Part shown: positions 8,785 to 18,706 of the stretch, piece by piece | Position numbering within the stretch: position 1 is the first letter of the stretch | How the letters are laid out: each line of letters opens with the position of its first letter | Assembly (NCBI GenBank): GCA_963809895.1 | Contig: CAWELD010000010.1 | Coordinates: 800,001-864,000, forward strand | Direction of reading: 5' to 3' | Source of the DNA: an uncultured Gemmatimonadales bacterium | Lineage (GTDB): Bacteria > Gemmatimonadota > Gemmatimonadetes > Longimicrobiales > Gaopeijiaceae | DNA: 64,000 nucleotides | Position numbers and translations under genes: made by a program | The notes under the pieces: generated by a model | Database searches by the model: none | What the model was told of the DNA's origin: nothing | The model's input: only the letters and a program-made list of their open reading frames with translations

Positions 8785-9929
8785 GGGCGCCCCCCACGGT
8801 GTCCGGCGGGCCCGGGAACCCGCGTAGGGGCCACGGATCGATACAGCTCGAGGTGCTGCCCGACCCACGCCTCGGGCTGATAGTCACGCTCGATGCGGCG
8901 GCGGGCGGCTGATACAGCCTCCGCCGGCGAGGCGAGAGTCGTGGCCAACGCTTCGGCAAGCGCGGCCGGGTCCTCCGGTGGCACGACGTTGGGTCCGTCT
9001 CCGAGAAGGTCCGGCACGCCCCCGACCGCAGACGCGACCACCGGCACTCCCGCCTCCGTGGCTTCGAGCACCACGATGGGTGTGCCCTCGGTCCGCGATG
9101 GAAGCGCGAGCACGTCGAACGCGGTCATGAGCCTCGCGGCGTCCTCGACACGACCGAGCCACCGGATGCGCGCGTCGACACCCAGGTCGTGGGCCAATGC
9201 CTCCAGATCCTGCCGGGACCGGCCCTCTCCCACCATGCAGAGGTGGGCGTCGGCGAGAGCCGGTGTCGCCAGGGCCCGGACGAGGACATCGCCCCCCTTC
9301 TCCGGGCTGAGGCGCCCGACCCAACCGATGATCGGACCGGGCGCTTCGGTCAGACCGAGCAAGGCCCGCGCATCCGCGCGTGTCGAGGTTGGCGCCGTGG
9401 GACGCCAGGCATTGCGGATGACGTGCACCCGCTCCGCGGGCACGCCGGCTCGCACCAATCCCTCCACCTGCAGCCGGGACACGGCGATCACCGCATCGAA
9501 CGCCCGAAAGGCCCGACGCTGGAGCCACTCGTAGAAGCGGTTGCGAAGCCCGTTGCCCGTGAAACCGTGCACGGTGCTCACGGTGGCGATCCCCCGATTC
9601 CGCGCTACGGGTGCATCGATTACGTCGGGGCGGTAGCCGTGGGTATGGAGGATGTTCGCCCGCAACTCATCGAGGAGGCTGGCGACGCCGTCACGTTCCT
9701 GGCGGTAGCCTCGGCCCGCGATGCGAAGCACCCGCACGTCGGTGCCATCGGTGCGCAGGGCCTTCACGAACGGATGGTCCTGCGTAGCGGCATCGAGCAC
9801 GGCTGCGACGTGGACGCGGGCGCCCGCATCCGATTGCCCCTCGGCCAGGGCGCGCACGACGGTTTCGAGTCCACCCGTGGCCGCCGGCGCCAGCAGGTGG
9901 ACGACGGTGAGCTCGGACGGATCGGTCAT
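8781..9929 (-). CDS. Glycosyltransferase family 4
   Basis: GGLE, HTHGYR, GRLSPEKG, EGTPIVVLEA, VGGVPD. Confidence 0.93.
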   Translation of the reverse strand: MTDPSELTVVHLLAPAATGGLETVVRALAEGQSDAGARVHVAAVLDAATQDHPFVKALRTDGTDVRVLRIAGRGYRQERDGVASLLDELRANILHTHGYRPDVIDAPVARNRGIATVSTVHGFTGNGLRNRFYEWLQRRAFRAFDAVIAVSRLQVEGLVRAGVPAERVHVIRNAWRPTAPTSTRADARALLGLTEAPGPIIGWVGRLSPEKGGDVLVRALATPALADAHLCMVGEGRSRQDLEALAHDLGVDARIRWLGRVEDAARLMTAFDVLALPSRTEGTPIVVLEATEAGVPVVASAVGGVPDLLGDGPNVVPPEDPAALAEALATTLASPAEAVSAARRRIERDYQPEAWVGQHLELYRSVAPTRVPGPAGHRGGRP

Positions 9930-11656
9930 CCAGCCAGCGCGGGACTCTCGACCTGGCGCAGCTTGCCGTCCCGCATGAGGTACACGATGTCGGCGACTTC
10001 TCGGAGGGCCGGCTGGTGCGAAATGGACAGCACGGTGACGTCGCCACTCAACTCCTTGAGTGTCTTGCAGATCGCCTGCTCCGTTGCAGGATCCAGGGCG
10101 GTGGTGACCTCGTCCAGTATCAAGAGGGAGGGCCGAGTCACCAGGGCGCGGGCGATGGCGATCCGCTGTCGTTGACCCCCGGAGAGCATGCCGCCGCGCT
10201 CCCCGATGTGGTGGTCCATCCCCCCTTCCTTTTCCTTCACGAAATCCCAGGCGCCGGCCATCCGAAGAGCCCTTTCGGCGTCCTCGCGGCTGAGATTCTC
10301 GTCACCGAGCGTGACGTTGCGCAGAATGGTGTCGTTGAACAGGAGCATCTCCTGCGGTACGTAGCCGATCGTGTGTCGCCATCCCCTGAGCTCGAGCTCG
10401 TCCATGGGGGTGCCATCGATGAGAATGCGACCTCCGTCCGGCACATAGAGGCCGGCTACGAGATCCGCCAGCGTGGTCTTGCCCGACCCCGACTCCCCTG
10501 CGATGGCGACGAACGAACCGGCGGGAATCTCGAGATCGACGCCGTCCAGCACCGGATGCTCGTCGTAGGCGAAGCGCACGCCCTGGAAGACGATTCCCTG
10601 TCGCAGTGCTCCGGGATCCCGCCCGCCGGTGTCGACCTCCTTCTCGCGTGCGGCTTCGTCCAACTCGTCACGGAGAGACCAGAAGGCGCTCTCTCCGTGC
10701 CGCACCGTCTGATAGCGGAGTTGGAGCGTGTTCACGTTGGTCATGAGGCGATAGAAGACGAAAGCCAGCACCAGAACCGCAGAGAGGGGCTGCTCCTGCA
10801 CGCCGATGAGGAGGTAGAGGCCCCCGGCCAGCATGGCGGTGAGGGCGGGTTCCTGGAACGAGCGCATCGTCTCGGAGGCCCGCACCATCTGCCGCTGCGC
10901 CTGATTGAGGCCCTCCGTCTCACGTTCGAGGAGGGGCCATACGAGGTCCTGGCGAGCCATGGCCTTGAGCGGCTTGATCCCCTGGAGCACGTCCACGAGG
11001 CGTGACGCCAGGCTCTTGGTCAGGTTCGTTTGTGTCGTGCCGGCCGCGTGGGTGTCCCGGAAGAAGCGCCGGAAAAGGAACGTCAGCACGATACCGGCGG
11101 CGACTGCGGCAAGCGTGATCTGCCAGGAGATCATGGCGGAGATGGCCAGGTACGCCGACACCTGGAGCAAGGCCGCGAGCACCTGACACGCCTCGCGGTA
11201 GGCGGCGGAGGCGCGAATGGCCTCGGAGGTGATCGCGTTGGCGAACTGGCCCGTCGATCTCGATCCGAAATACCTCCACCGCACGTCGAGAAGGCTGCGC
11301 ATGAGCTCCAGCCGGAGGTCACGGGTCACCTGGGCGATCGTGTATCCGACCTGGCGCAGAGCGATCCAGAGAGTCCCCGCCTTGAGGCTCATGGCGACGA
11401 CGATGGCCAGCAGAAGCACACCCAGCGTCGGTTCCAGTCCGATCGCGCGAATGCCGTCGACCACCAGACGACCCACCCTCGAGTCGGCGGTGCCCGTGCC
11501 CTCCGCGACCTGCAGTACGGGAATGAGGGCGAGCACGCCGATTCCCTCTGCCAGCCCGGCCACCACCATCAGCCCGATCATCAGGATCGAGCGGGAGGGA
11601 TATGCCGCCAGGAAATAGCGGAAGAAGTCTCGTGTCCGGTGTTCGGTCTCGGGCAC
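9926..11656 (-). CDS. ABC exporter, fused TMD+NBD (MsbA/PglK-like candidate flippase)
   Basis: N-terminal TM domain, Walker A GESGSGKT, LSGGQRQR, ILDEVT, ISHQ. Confidence 0.93.
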   Translation of the reverse strand: MPETEHRTRDFFRYFLAAYPSRSILMIGLMVVAGLAEGIGVLALIPVLQVAEGTGTADSRVGRLVVDGIRAIGLEPTLGVLLLAIVVAMSLKAGTLWIALRQVGYTIAQVTRDLRLELMRSLLDVRWRYFGSRSTGQFANAITSEAIRASAAYREACQVLAALLQVSAYLAISAMISWQITLAAVAAGIVLTFLFRRFFRDTHAAGTTQTNLTKSLASRLVDVLQGIKPLKAMARQDLVWPLLERETEGLNQAQRQMVRASETMRSFQEPALTAMLAGGLYLLIGVQEQPLSAVLVLAFVFYRLMTNVNTLQLRYQTVRHGESAFWSLRDELDEAAREKEVDTGGRDPGALRQGIVFQGVRFAYDEHPVLDGVDLEIPAGSFVAIAGESGSGKTTLADLVAGLYVPDGGRILIDGTPMDELELRGWRHTIGYVPQEMLLFNDTILRNVTLGDENLSREDAERALRMAGAWDFVKEKEGGMDHHIGERGGMLSGGQRQRIAIARALVTRPSLLILDEVTTALDPATEQAICKTLKELSGDVTVLSISHQPALREVADIVYLMRDGKLRQVESPALAG

Positions 11657-11823
11657 GTGGAATCCGGGTTCGAGTCACGGGGTCATCCGCACTCCTCGGG
11701 GCAAATGTCGTTCCACAACCCAGTGCGGACAACAATTGCGACCCGTGGCGGCGTAGCGCCCCCTCGGTCCGCGACGTTAGCGTAGGGGCGCGGACGGCCT
11801 GACGGCTGGGGCGATTGACGGAG

Positions 11824-11841
11824 TGTGGCGCTTGCGCCACA
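11824..11841. promoter_or_regulatory. Palindromic candidate enhancer-binding-protein site
   Basis: TGTGGCGC-TT-GCGCCACA (TGT-N12-ACA) in a divergent intergenic region. GG-N10-GC element CGGTAC-GAAGC-GTGCA follows at 11917-11932. Confidence 0.45.
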
Positions 11842-11979
11842 GTGTCCAACGGGCCGTGCGTCCAGAGGACCTCCACGGAGGGTGTGAATTCCGCGGAATC
11901 GGCGGTGGGCACACTACGGTACGAAGCGTGCAAGAGCAGAGATGGATCGACACCATTGTTCCCCCGCGAATCGGCCGAG

Positions 11980-13452
11980 ATGAGCGACACGGCGACCCCC
12001 TCTTCACTTCCCGCCCCCGTCCGGCGCCCATCGCCGGCCAGGAGGCGTGGACGTAAGCCCAGGTCGAGTAGAGGACCTCGGTCGTTCAACGAACGCATGA
12101 TGGGGCTGGAGCCGAAGGCCATCTGGCGCGGCTTCTGGGGTGAGCCCCTCTCCTTCTGGTTCCTGAACGCCTACTTCATGGTGGAGTACGTGCGCCCGCA
12201 GCAGGTCTGGCGGGCCATCGACATCTTCCCGTGGGGTGAGAGCACGCTGCTGCTCACGACCATCGCCTACCTTCTGGAAGGCGTCCGGACCCGCAAGCTG
12301 AATCTCGTCGACGGACTCCTCATCACGTTCACCGGCGTGCTGCTCCTTTCATCTCTGGGCGCGTACCAGCCGTCGGCGTCGTTCAAGTACTTCAGCCTGT
12401 TCTTCAACTGGCTTCTCCTGTTCTTCCTCGTCACGCACATCGTGACGACGCCGCGGCGACTCCTGTTGTTCTGGGGCACCTTCATGCTGTGGAGCCTGAA
12501 GATGTCACAGTTCGGGACCCGCACCTTCATCGCTCGTGGAGGAGCGTTCGCCAGTTGGGGAGCGACTGGGGCTCCCGGATGGTTTCAGAATTCCGGAGAG
12601 TTCGCCATCCAGATGTGCATCTTCCTTCCCATGTCGCTCCACCTGGCATTCGGACTCAAGGACAAGCTGCCCAGGTGGAGGTTCTACGGTCTGTTGGCCC
12701 TCCTTCCCGGTACGGCCTTCATCAGTCTGATCGCCTCATCGTCTCGTGGGGGGCAGCTCGGCGCGGTGGCCGTCATCCTCTTCATCATCGCGCAGAGCAA
12801 GCACCGGGTGCGTGGGCTGGCCTCGGCCGCACTCGTGATGGGCTTGCTGTGGGTGATCATGCCTCCGCAGCAGAAGGAGCGATTCCAGGAGATGGGCGAG
12901 GACAAGAACTCCGTGGCACGCCTCACCTACTGGAAGGACGGCATCAAGATCATGAACGAGTACCCGACCCTCGGAATCGGGTACAAGAACTGGCTGCCGT
13001 ACTATCATCGATTCTACAATCCCACCGGTGAGTTGCCCCACAACATCTTCGTCGAGGCGGGATCGGAATTGGGGTACACGGGATTGCTGGCGTTCATCGC
13101 GCTGATACTCGCCACTTTCGTGGTCAACCGAAGAACGCGGAAACTGGCGCGAGGCGTGCCTGAATGGGGCACGTTCCTGCGAAGCGCGGCGTTCGGCCTC
13201 GATGCCGCGCTCGTTGGGTTCATGGCGACGGGGTTCTTCGTCACCGTCCTCTACTACCCCTTCTTCTGGGTGAACCTGGCATTTACGGCGGCCACGTTCG
13301 AGACGACTCGTCGACTGGCGAGTCGAGCCCGCGTGCAGCGGCAGAAAGAGCGCCGGAGGGCGGTGATCAGGACCCAGCGGCCGAGAGTGGAGGTTCCGGC
13401 GGCCGAGGTTGCTCGCCTGGGCGATGGAGGCATTGGTTGGGCCGCCCCCTGA
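11980..13452 (+). CDS. O-antigen ligase family protein (exosortase-associated O-glycosylation ligase-like)
   Basis: About 11-12 TM; EYVRPQ, NSGEFA, SSSRGG, RLTYW...LGIG, PHNIFVEAGSELGYTG. Confidence 0.88.
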   Translation: MSDTATPSSLPAPVRRPSPARRRGRKPRSSRGPRSFNERMMGLEPKAIWRGFWGEPLSFWFLNAYFMVEYVRPQQVWRAIDIFPWGESTLLLTTIAYLLEGVRTRKLNLVDGLLITFTGVLLLSSLGAYQPSASFKYFSLFFNWLLLFFLVTHIVTTPRRLLLFWGTFMLWSLKMSQFGTRTFIARGGAFASWGATGAPGWFQNSGEFAIQMCIFLPMSLHLAFGLKDKLPRWRFYGLLALLPGTAFISLIASSSRGGQLGAVAVILFIIAQSKHRVRGLASAALVMGLLWVIMPPQQKERFQEMGEDKNSVARLTYWKDGIKIMNEYPTLGIGYKNWLPYYHRFYNPTGELPHNIFVEAGSELGYTGLLAFIALILATFVVNRRTRKLARGVPEWGTFLRSAAFGLDAALVGFMATGFFVTVLYYPFFWVNLAFTAATFETTRRLASRARVQRQKERRRAVIRTQRPRVEVPAAEVARLGDGGIGWAAP

Positions 13453-14573
13453 CCGTTCTCCATCTCATCGACACCGGCGGGCCTGGCGGCGCCGAGACGA
13501 TCTTCCTGAGCCTGGTGTCTGGCCTCGATCGAGAGCGCTGGCGGTCCGTTCCGGTGGTGCCGGTTCGGGATTGGCTCCACGACGCCCTGGCGGCGCGAGA
13601 CGAGGCGCCGCTGGTGCTGGAGAGTGCCGGACGGGGAAACCTCGCGTATCTCGCGCGACTGCATCGGCTTCTGTCGGCGTACCGGGTCGATCTCATCCAC
13701 GCACACCTGCTCGGGTCTGCGGTCTACGCTTCGATCGCTGCCAGCCTGCGGGGGATCCCTGTGGTATGCACGTTCCACGGGACACCGGATATCCCGTCGC
13801 GAGGTCGTCTTCTCTCGGTGAAGCTCCGGGTGGTCTGGCGGGCGTCGAACAGGGTGGTGTTCGTCTCGCGCGGCCTGCGCGACTCCATCCTCGAGCAACA
13901 CGGCCTCCCTGTCGGCAACACCCGGGTCATCCACAACGGCATCGATCCCTCGCCGCCCCAGGTGGTCGGAACGGAGCGTGGCGAGTTGGGCGTGGGTGAG
14001 CACGAGCTGCTGGTGGGAGCCGTCGGCAATATTCGTCCCGCAAAGGACTACGCGACGCTTCTTCGTGCGTCTGCGCTCCTGCGTGATGCGGGACTTCCCC
14101 TGCGAGTCGTGGTACTGGGCCAGGGGGCCAGAGGTCTGGAAGACGAGCTACTGAGGCTTCGAAGCGCGTTGAATCTCGACGAGGTGGTTTCCTTCATGGG
14201 CTTCCGTGACGATGCGCGGCGGCTGATGGCGGCGTTCGACGTCTTCGTCACGAGCTCGAGCAGTGAGGGATTCTCGCTGTCCACGGTGGAGGCGCTCTGG
14301 ATGGGCCTTCCGGTGGTGGCGACCCGGAGCGGCGGTCCGGAAGAGATCGTCCGCGACGAGTCCACGGGGTTGCTCGTGCCCATCGCCGATCCCGTGGCTT
14401 TGGCGAACGCTCTGGGACGGGTGCTCCGCAACCGCGAGTGGGCCCGGTCACTTGGCGCTCGGGGTCGCGATGACGTTCGGGAGCGCTTCGCCAGGGATCA
14501 CATGGTTGCGCAGTACCAAGCGGTGTACGAGGAAGTCCTCGCTACCGTTGGCCGCCCTGCGAGGGGCGAATGA
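13437..14573 (+). CDS. Glycosyltransferase family 4
   Basis: TTG start with GGAGG RBS; IDTGGPGGAE, GNIRPAKD, EGFSLSTVEA. Confidence 0.9.
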   Translation: MGRPLTVLHLIDTGGPGGAETIFLSLVSGLDRERWRSVPVVPVRDWLHDALAARDEAPLVLESAGRGNLAYLARLHRLLSAYRVDLIHAHLLGSAVYASIAASLRGIPVVCTFHGTPDIPSRGRLLSVKLRVVWRASNRVVFVSRGLRDSILEQHGLPVGNTRVIHNGIDPSPPQVVGTERGELGVGEHELLVGAVGNIRPAKDYATLLRASALLRDAGLPLRVVVLGQGARGLEDELLRLRSALNLDEVVSFMGFRDDARRLMAAFDVFVTSSSSEGFSLSTVEALWMGLPVVATRSGGPEEIVRDESTGLLVPIADPVALANALGRVLRNREWARSLGARGRDDVRERFARDHMVAQYQAVYEEVLATVGRPARGE

Positions 14574-15496
14574 TGGGTGATCCCCCGCCCCTCGTGAGCG
14601 CGGTGATTGCAACGCACAACCGACGCCACTACGTCGTGGACGCCGTGGAGAGTGCGCTGAATCAAGAGTATCCGACGCTCGAGGTTCTGGTGGTCGACGA
14701 CGGGAGCACCGATGGCACGGCCCAGATGCTTCGAGAGCGCTTCGGCGACCGGATTCGCGTGATCGAGCAAGAAAACGGCGGCGTCGGCACGGCGCGCAAT
14801 CGAGGGGCCGCGGAGGCGCGAGGCGACTTCGTGGCCTTCCTCGACGACGACGACGTGTGGCTTGCGGACAAGACGCGTCTCCAGGTGGACTGCTTCCTCG
14901 ACCACGGCGAGCACACGGTGCTCGTTGGAGGGGGCGCTACCCTCACCGACGACGGATTGGAGCCCCAGGGCCCGCCCACGCTCGGTGACGAGGTGGTGAG
15001 CTACGAGCAGCTTTGCGTCTGGACCGCGCTGCCGGGCAGCGGATCGAACTGCATGGTTCGAAAGAGCGCGTTCGATCGGGCCGGGGGGTTCGACCCCTCC
15101 CTCGTACGCGCTCAGGACCGAGAACTCTGGATCCGTCTGGCGCGCATCGGCACCGTTCGCACGGTGCGCGTGGAAACCGCACGCATCCGGCTGCACGAGA
15201 CTCCACGGAAGGGTGTAGACTTCAAGCGCATCCTGGAGGCACGCCGAAAGGTCAACGCCCGGATCCCAGAGCGTCATCTGAGGCGAAAGGCCGACGCGAT
15301 GATGTTCAACTCCCTGGCGCATCGGAGCCGCGCGCGCGGTCACCGGATGCGCGGTTGGTGGTATCTCTTTCGGTCCTTCGCCACCCATCCCGGGTCACTC
15401 GACCGGCGGGTGCTGAGGGCGCGCCGGGTGGTCGAGTGGCTGCTTCCCCGGCCCGTGCTGGGTATTCTGGGCGCCATCAAGCGACGGATCGGATGA
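14570..15496 (+). CDS. Glycosyltransferase family 2 (GT-A)
   Basis: VSAVIATHN, VVDDGSTD, ARNRG, FLDDDD, QDRELWIR. Confidence 0.93.
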   Translation: MMGDPPPLVSAVIATHNRRHYVVDAVESALNQEYPTLEVLVVDDGSTDGTAQMLRERFGDRIRVIEQENGGVGTARNRGAAEARGDFVAFLDDDDVWLADKTRLQVDCFLDHGEHTVLVGGGATLTDDGLEPQGPPTLGDEVVSYEQLCVWTALPGSGSNCMVRKSAFDRAGGFDPSLVRAQDRELWIRLARIGTVRTVRVETARIRLHETPRKGVDFKRILEARRKVNARIPERHLRRKADAMMFNSLAHRSRARGHRMRGWWYLFRSFATHPGSLDRRVLRARRVVEWLLPRPVLGILGAIKRRIG

Positions 15497-16449
15497 TGGT
15501 GGGTCGGGATCTGCGCGAGCGGCAGAGGCCCTTGGTAAGCGCCATCATCACTTCGTTCCAGCGCCGTGAGTACGTGTGTGACGCAGTGGACAGCGCGCTC
15601 GAGCAGGACTATCGACCGCTCGAGGTCCTGGTCGTCGACGACGGGAGCACCGATGGCACGGTCGAGTTGCTCCGGGATCGCTATGGGGATGGCATACGGC
15701 TGCTGACACAGCCGAACCGGGGAGTCTCGGCGGCCCGCAATGCGGGTGTGGAAGCCGCGAAGGGAGAATTCGTCGCGTTCCTGGACGACGACGACGTGTG
15801 GCTCCCCCACAAGACCCGCCTCCAGATGGCAGTCTTCCAGGCTCACCCGGATACGGTGGTCGTGGGCGGTGGGGTCCAGTATATCGATGCTCGTGGGGAG
15901 CCCGTGCTTCGACCGGCGATGGGTTCCCCGGTGGTCGGCTATGAGACGCTGTGTGTGCGCACGGCTCTTCCCGGAACCTGTTCCAACGAGCTCGTCCGGC
16001 GGAGCGCGTTTCTCGAGATCGGTGGGTTCGACGAGTCTCTTCCCAGAGCCGAAGATCGGGATCTCTGGATCCGCATGGCTCGGGTCGGCATGATACGGAC
16101 CGTTCAGGAGCCGACCGTCAGCAAGAGGGTGCACGGAGGCCCCCGTGTCTCGATTCCGCTCCTTGCCGACGCCAGGAAACGTGTGAGCGACAAGATTCCC
16201 GAGCCTGAGCTGCGGCGAAGAGCCGAGGCTATGACCGACTTCTTCCTGTGGGGCGAGGCGCGGCGAGTGCGCCGGCTCGGGCTTGCCACCGTCTACCTGC
16301 TCCGGTCCCTGATCCGCCACCCGCGGGAGATCGACCCGAGTGTACGCCGAGTGCGAAAGGTCGTGGAGACGATACTCCCGTCCCGGCTCGTCGAGGTGCT
16401 CGGTGCCGTCAAGCGCCGGTCACGAACTCACAGGTCGAATGGGATATGA
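15493..16449 (+). CDS. Glycosyltransferase family 2 (tandem paralog of upstream gene)
   Basis: VSAIITSF, VVDDGSTD, ARNAG, FLDDDD, EDRDLWIR. ATGA coupling. Confidence 0.93.
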   Translation: MMVGRDLRERQRPLVSAIITSFQRREYVCDAVDSALEQDYRPLEVLVVDDGSTDGTVELLRDRYGDGIRLLTQPNRGVSAARNAGVEAAKGEFVAFLDDDDVWLPHKTRLQMAVFQAHPDTVVVGGGVQYIDARGEPVLRPAMGSPVVGYETLCVRTALPGTCSNELVRRSAFLEIGGFDESLPRAEDRDLWIRMARVGMIRTVQEPTVSKRVHGGPRVSIPLLADARKRVSDKIPEPELRRRAEAMTDFFLWGEARRVRRLGLATVYLLRSLIRHPREIDPSVRRVRKVVETILPSRLVEVLGAVKRRSRTHRSNGI

Positions 16450-16463
16450 GCCGCGAGCGATAG

Positions 16464-17643
16464 CTAACGCCGCAGGCTTTGGAACCAGTTCGCCACCTCC
16501 CGGGCGAAGGGCGCCGGGTCGGAGAGCCGCAGGATCTCGGACCTGTTCGGTGGGAGGAAAGCGGTCATGAATCCGGCAACCGTGCGGATGCGCCCCGGTG
16601 CGCCCGGCGGCAGGTCCAGTGCGTCGGCGCTCCGTCGAACGCGCATCAGGAGGTGGTCGACGTCGCCCATGAGCCATCGACTGCGGACTCCCGGGCGATA
16701 CGAGGGCGACTTCCGTGGAGGGCTGCCCAGGGCCGCATCCACCAGCAGGCGTGGGAAGTCGACGCCCGCATCGATGGCCAGTTGCAGCGATCCCCAGAAG
16801 CGGCCGTTGATCTCCATGATGTAGGGGCGCTTCGACTCGGCATCGATCTTGAACTCGACCATGGCCACCCCGCGCCAGTCGAGGCGGTCGAGTATCGCTT
16901 CGGCGCCCGCCTGCAGCTCCGGGGACAGCGCGATGCTCTCGCGCAGAACGCTCACTCCGCCCGACGGAGGTTTCTCGCGGATCCTCCGATGGGCGAACGC
17001 GGCGCAGGTCCGTCCGTCCCAGCGCAGGAGGAACACGCCGGCACCAGGCCCGACGACCCGCTGTTGGACGAGCACGGGGAAGGCGGCGTCGGCGAGTGCC
17101 GCGACCGCCTCCCGGAGAGGTGCTCCGGCTGCGACGTAGGACACCGACAGCTTCTGGCCACCCTGCACGGACCGGGCCGGCTTGAGGACGGTCGCGTGCG
17201 GGAGCCGTTTCCGGAAGCAGCTGGACCTCGGCTCGGGTTGAGACGAGCGTCTGCGCCGGAACGGCGATGCCGGAGGCGCGAGCTGCCTCCGCGACCCATG
17301 CCTTGTCGCTGGCCCGACGAAAGGTCTCGAGGTCGGGGAACGGCACTCGTGTCGGACCCGACTCCTCGACCTCCGGGAGCAGCGCCAACAATGAGGCTTC
17401 CGTGATCGGAAGGAGTACGTCCGCTTCGGAGTTGCGTGTGAGATCCAGGACCTGTCGCGCATACGCCCTGGGATCCGCGAGAGCGTCGCCGACGACGTAC
17501 TCGTTGGTGGCATGCCGAGACGCTCCGGCAAGGGAGTGCGCCGACGGAGCGACCACGCTCACCCGGTGACCCGCGCGACCGAGCGAGCGCACGACGGCCA
17601 GGGCCGCTCGCTGATCTGCATCCGTGACGATGACGTGTGCCAT
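16464..17643 (-). CDS. ATP-grasp ligase, frameshifted near 17208-17210
   Basis: N-half AALAVVRSLGRAG...DKA; C-half VLKPARS, VQQRV, MVEFK, MEINGRFWGS. Removing one base of TTT joins the frames (LLPERLPHATVLK). Confidence 0.88.
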
Positions 17644-17745
17644 GTGCCACCTTGAAAGGAGCCCCTTGCACCGCGCGGTTCGGGGCTCTCAGTTGGCGTA
17701 GTCGAAAACGAAGATTCGGCTCACAGGAGGCGGAAGGGAAGGGCG

Positions 17746-18706
17746 ATGCTCGTCGCGATCACCATCGATACCGAAGAGGATGACTGGGGCACGTACGCCG
17801 CAGAGGGAGCCACTGTGCGCAACATCTCCCACCTGCCCGAGCTTCAGGACCTCTTCGACCGCTACGGGGCCAGGCCGACCTACTTCGTGAACCGACCTCC
17901 CTTGCTCGACGACCGGGCGCTGGCGGTTCTGCGCACCCTGGTGGAGCGGGAGACCTGCGAGATCGGCACCCACTGCCACCCCTGGAACACGCCACCCTTT
18001 CTGGGACCAGCCCGGCGAAGACGGGTCCATGATGTACCGCCTCACGGCCGACCTGAACCGGCTCAAGCTCGCGGAGATCACGGGCCTGATCGAGGAGCGG
18101 CTGGGCGTCCGCCCGATGTCGTTTCGCGCCGGCCGTTGGGGCTTTGGGCCCACGGTGGCCGGTCCTCTTCTGGAACTGGGCTACGAGGTCGATTCGTCGG
18201 TGACACCCTACTTCGACTGGTGGGAGGACGGAGGCCCCGACTACAAGGCGGCACCCAATCGGCCCTACCGATTCGATCCAGGGCGTCCGCTCGAGGCCTC
18301 GGAGGGCGGAGCCCTGGCCGAAGTCCCCGTGAGCGTCGGCTACCTGCAGCGGAACAACACCCGCATGGGCGGGCTGCATCGGTTCATCCAGGAGACCCCT
18401 CTCCGTGCCATCAAGGTCGGCGCCATGCTCGAGTTGACGCGACTCATGAGCCGTCGGTGGCTGTGTCCGGAGATCAACGACGGCGAAGGGATGCTGCGCC
18501 TGGCCCGCCGCCTGGTTTCAGAAGGACTTCCGCACATGAACATGACCTTCCATTCCACGACGCTCCTTCCGGGTGCGACGCCGTTCGTCGGAAGCGTGGC
18601 CCAACTGAGGGAGTTCCACAAGCGGATCGAGGCGTTCCTCGCCTACTGCCGGGACGAGGGCTTCCGCTTCGCTACCGTGCGGGAGGTGGCCCGGGCGGTG
18701 GCGTAG
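17746..18706 (+). CDS. Polysaccharide deacetylase (WalW-like), frameshifted near 18011-18013
   Basis: ITIDTEED, EIGTHCHPWNTPP, then SFRAGRWG, VDSSV, TFHSTTLLPGATPF in the +1 frame. Confidence 0.88.

Noticed and set aside
9864..9876. TTCGAGTCCACCC matching the tRNA T-arm as an att site
   Set aside because: Only 13 bp, inside an intact GT4 gene, and no integrase in the window.
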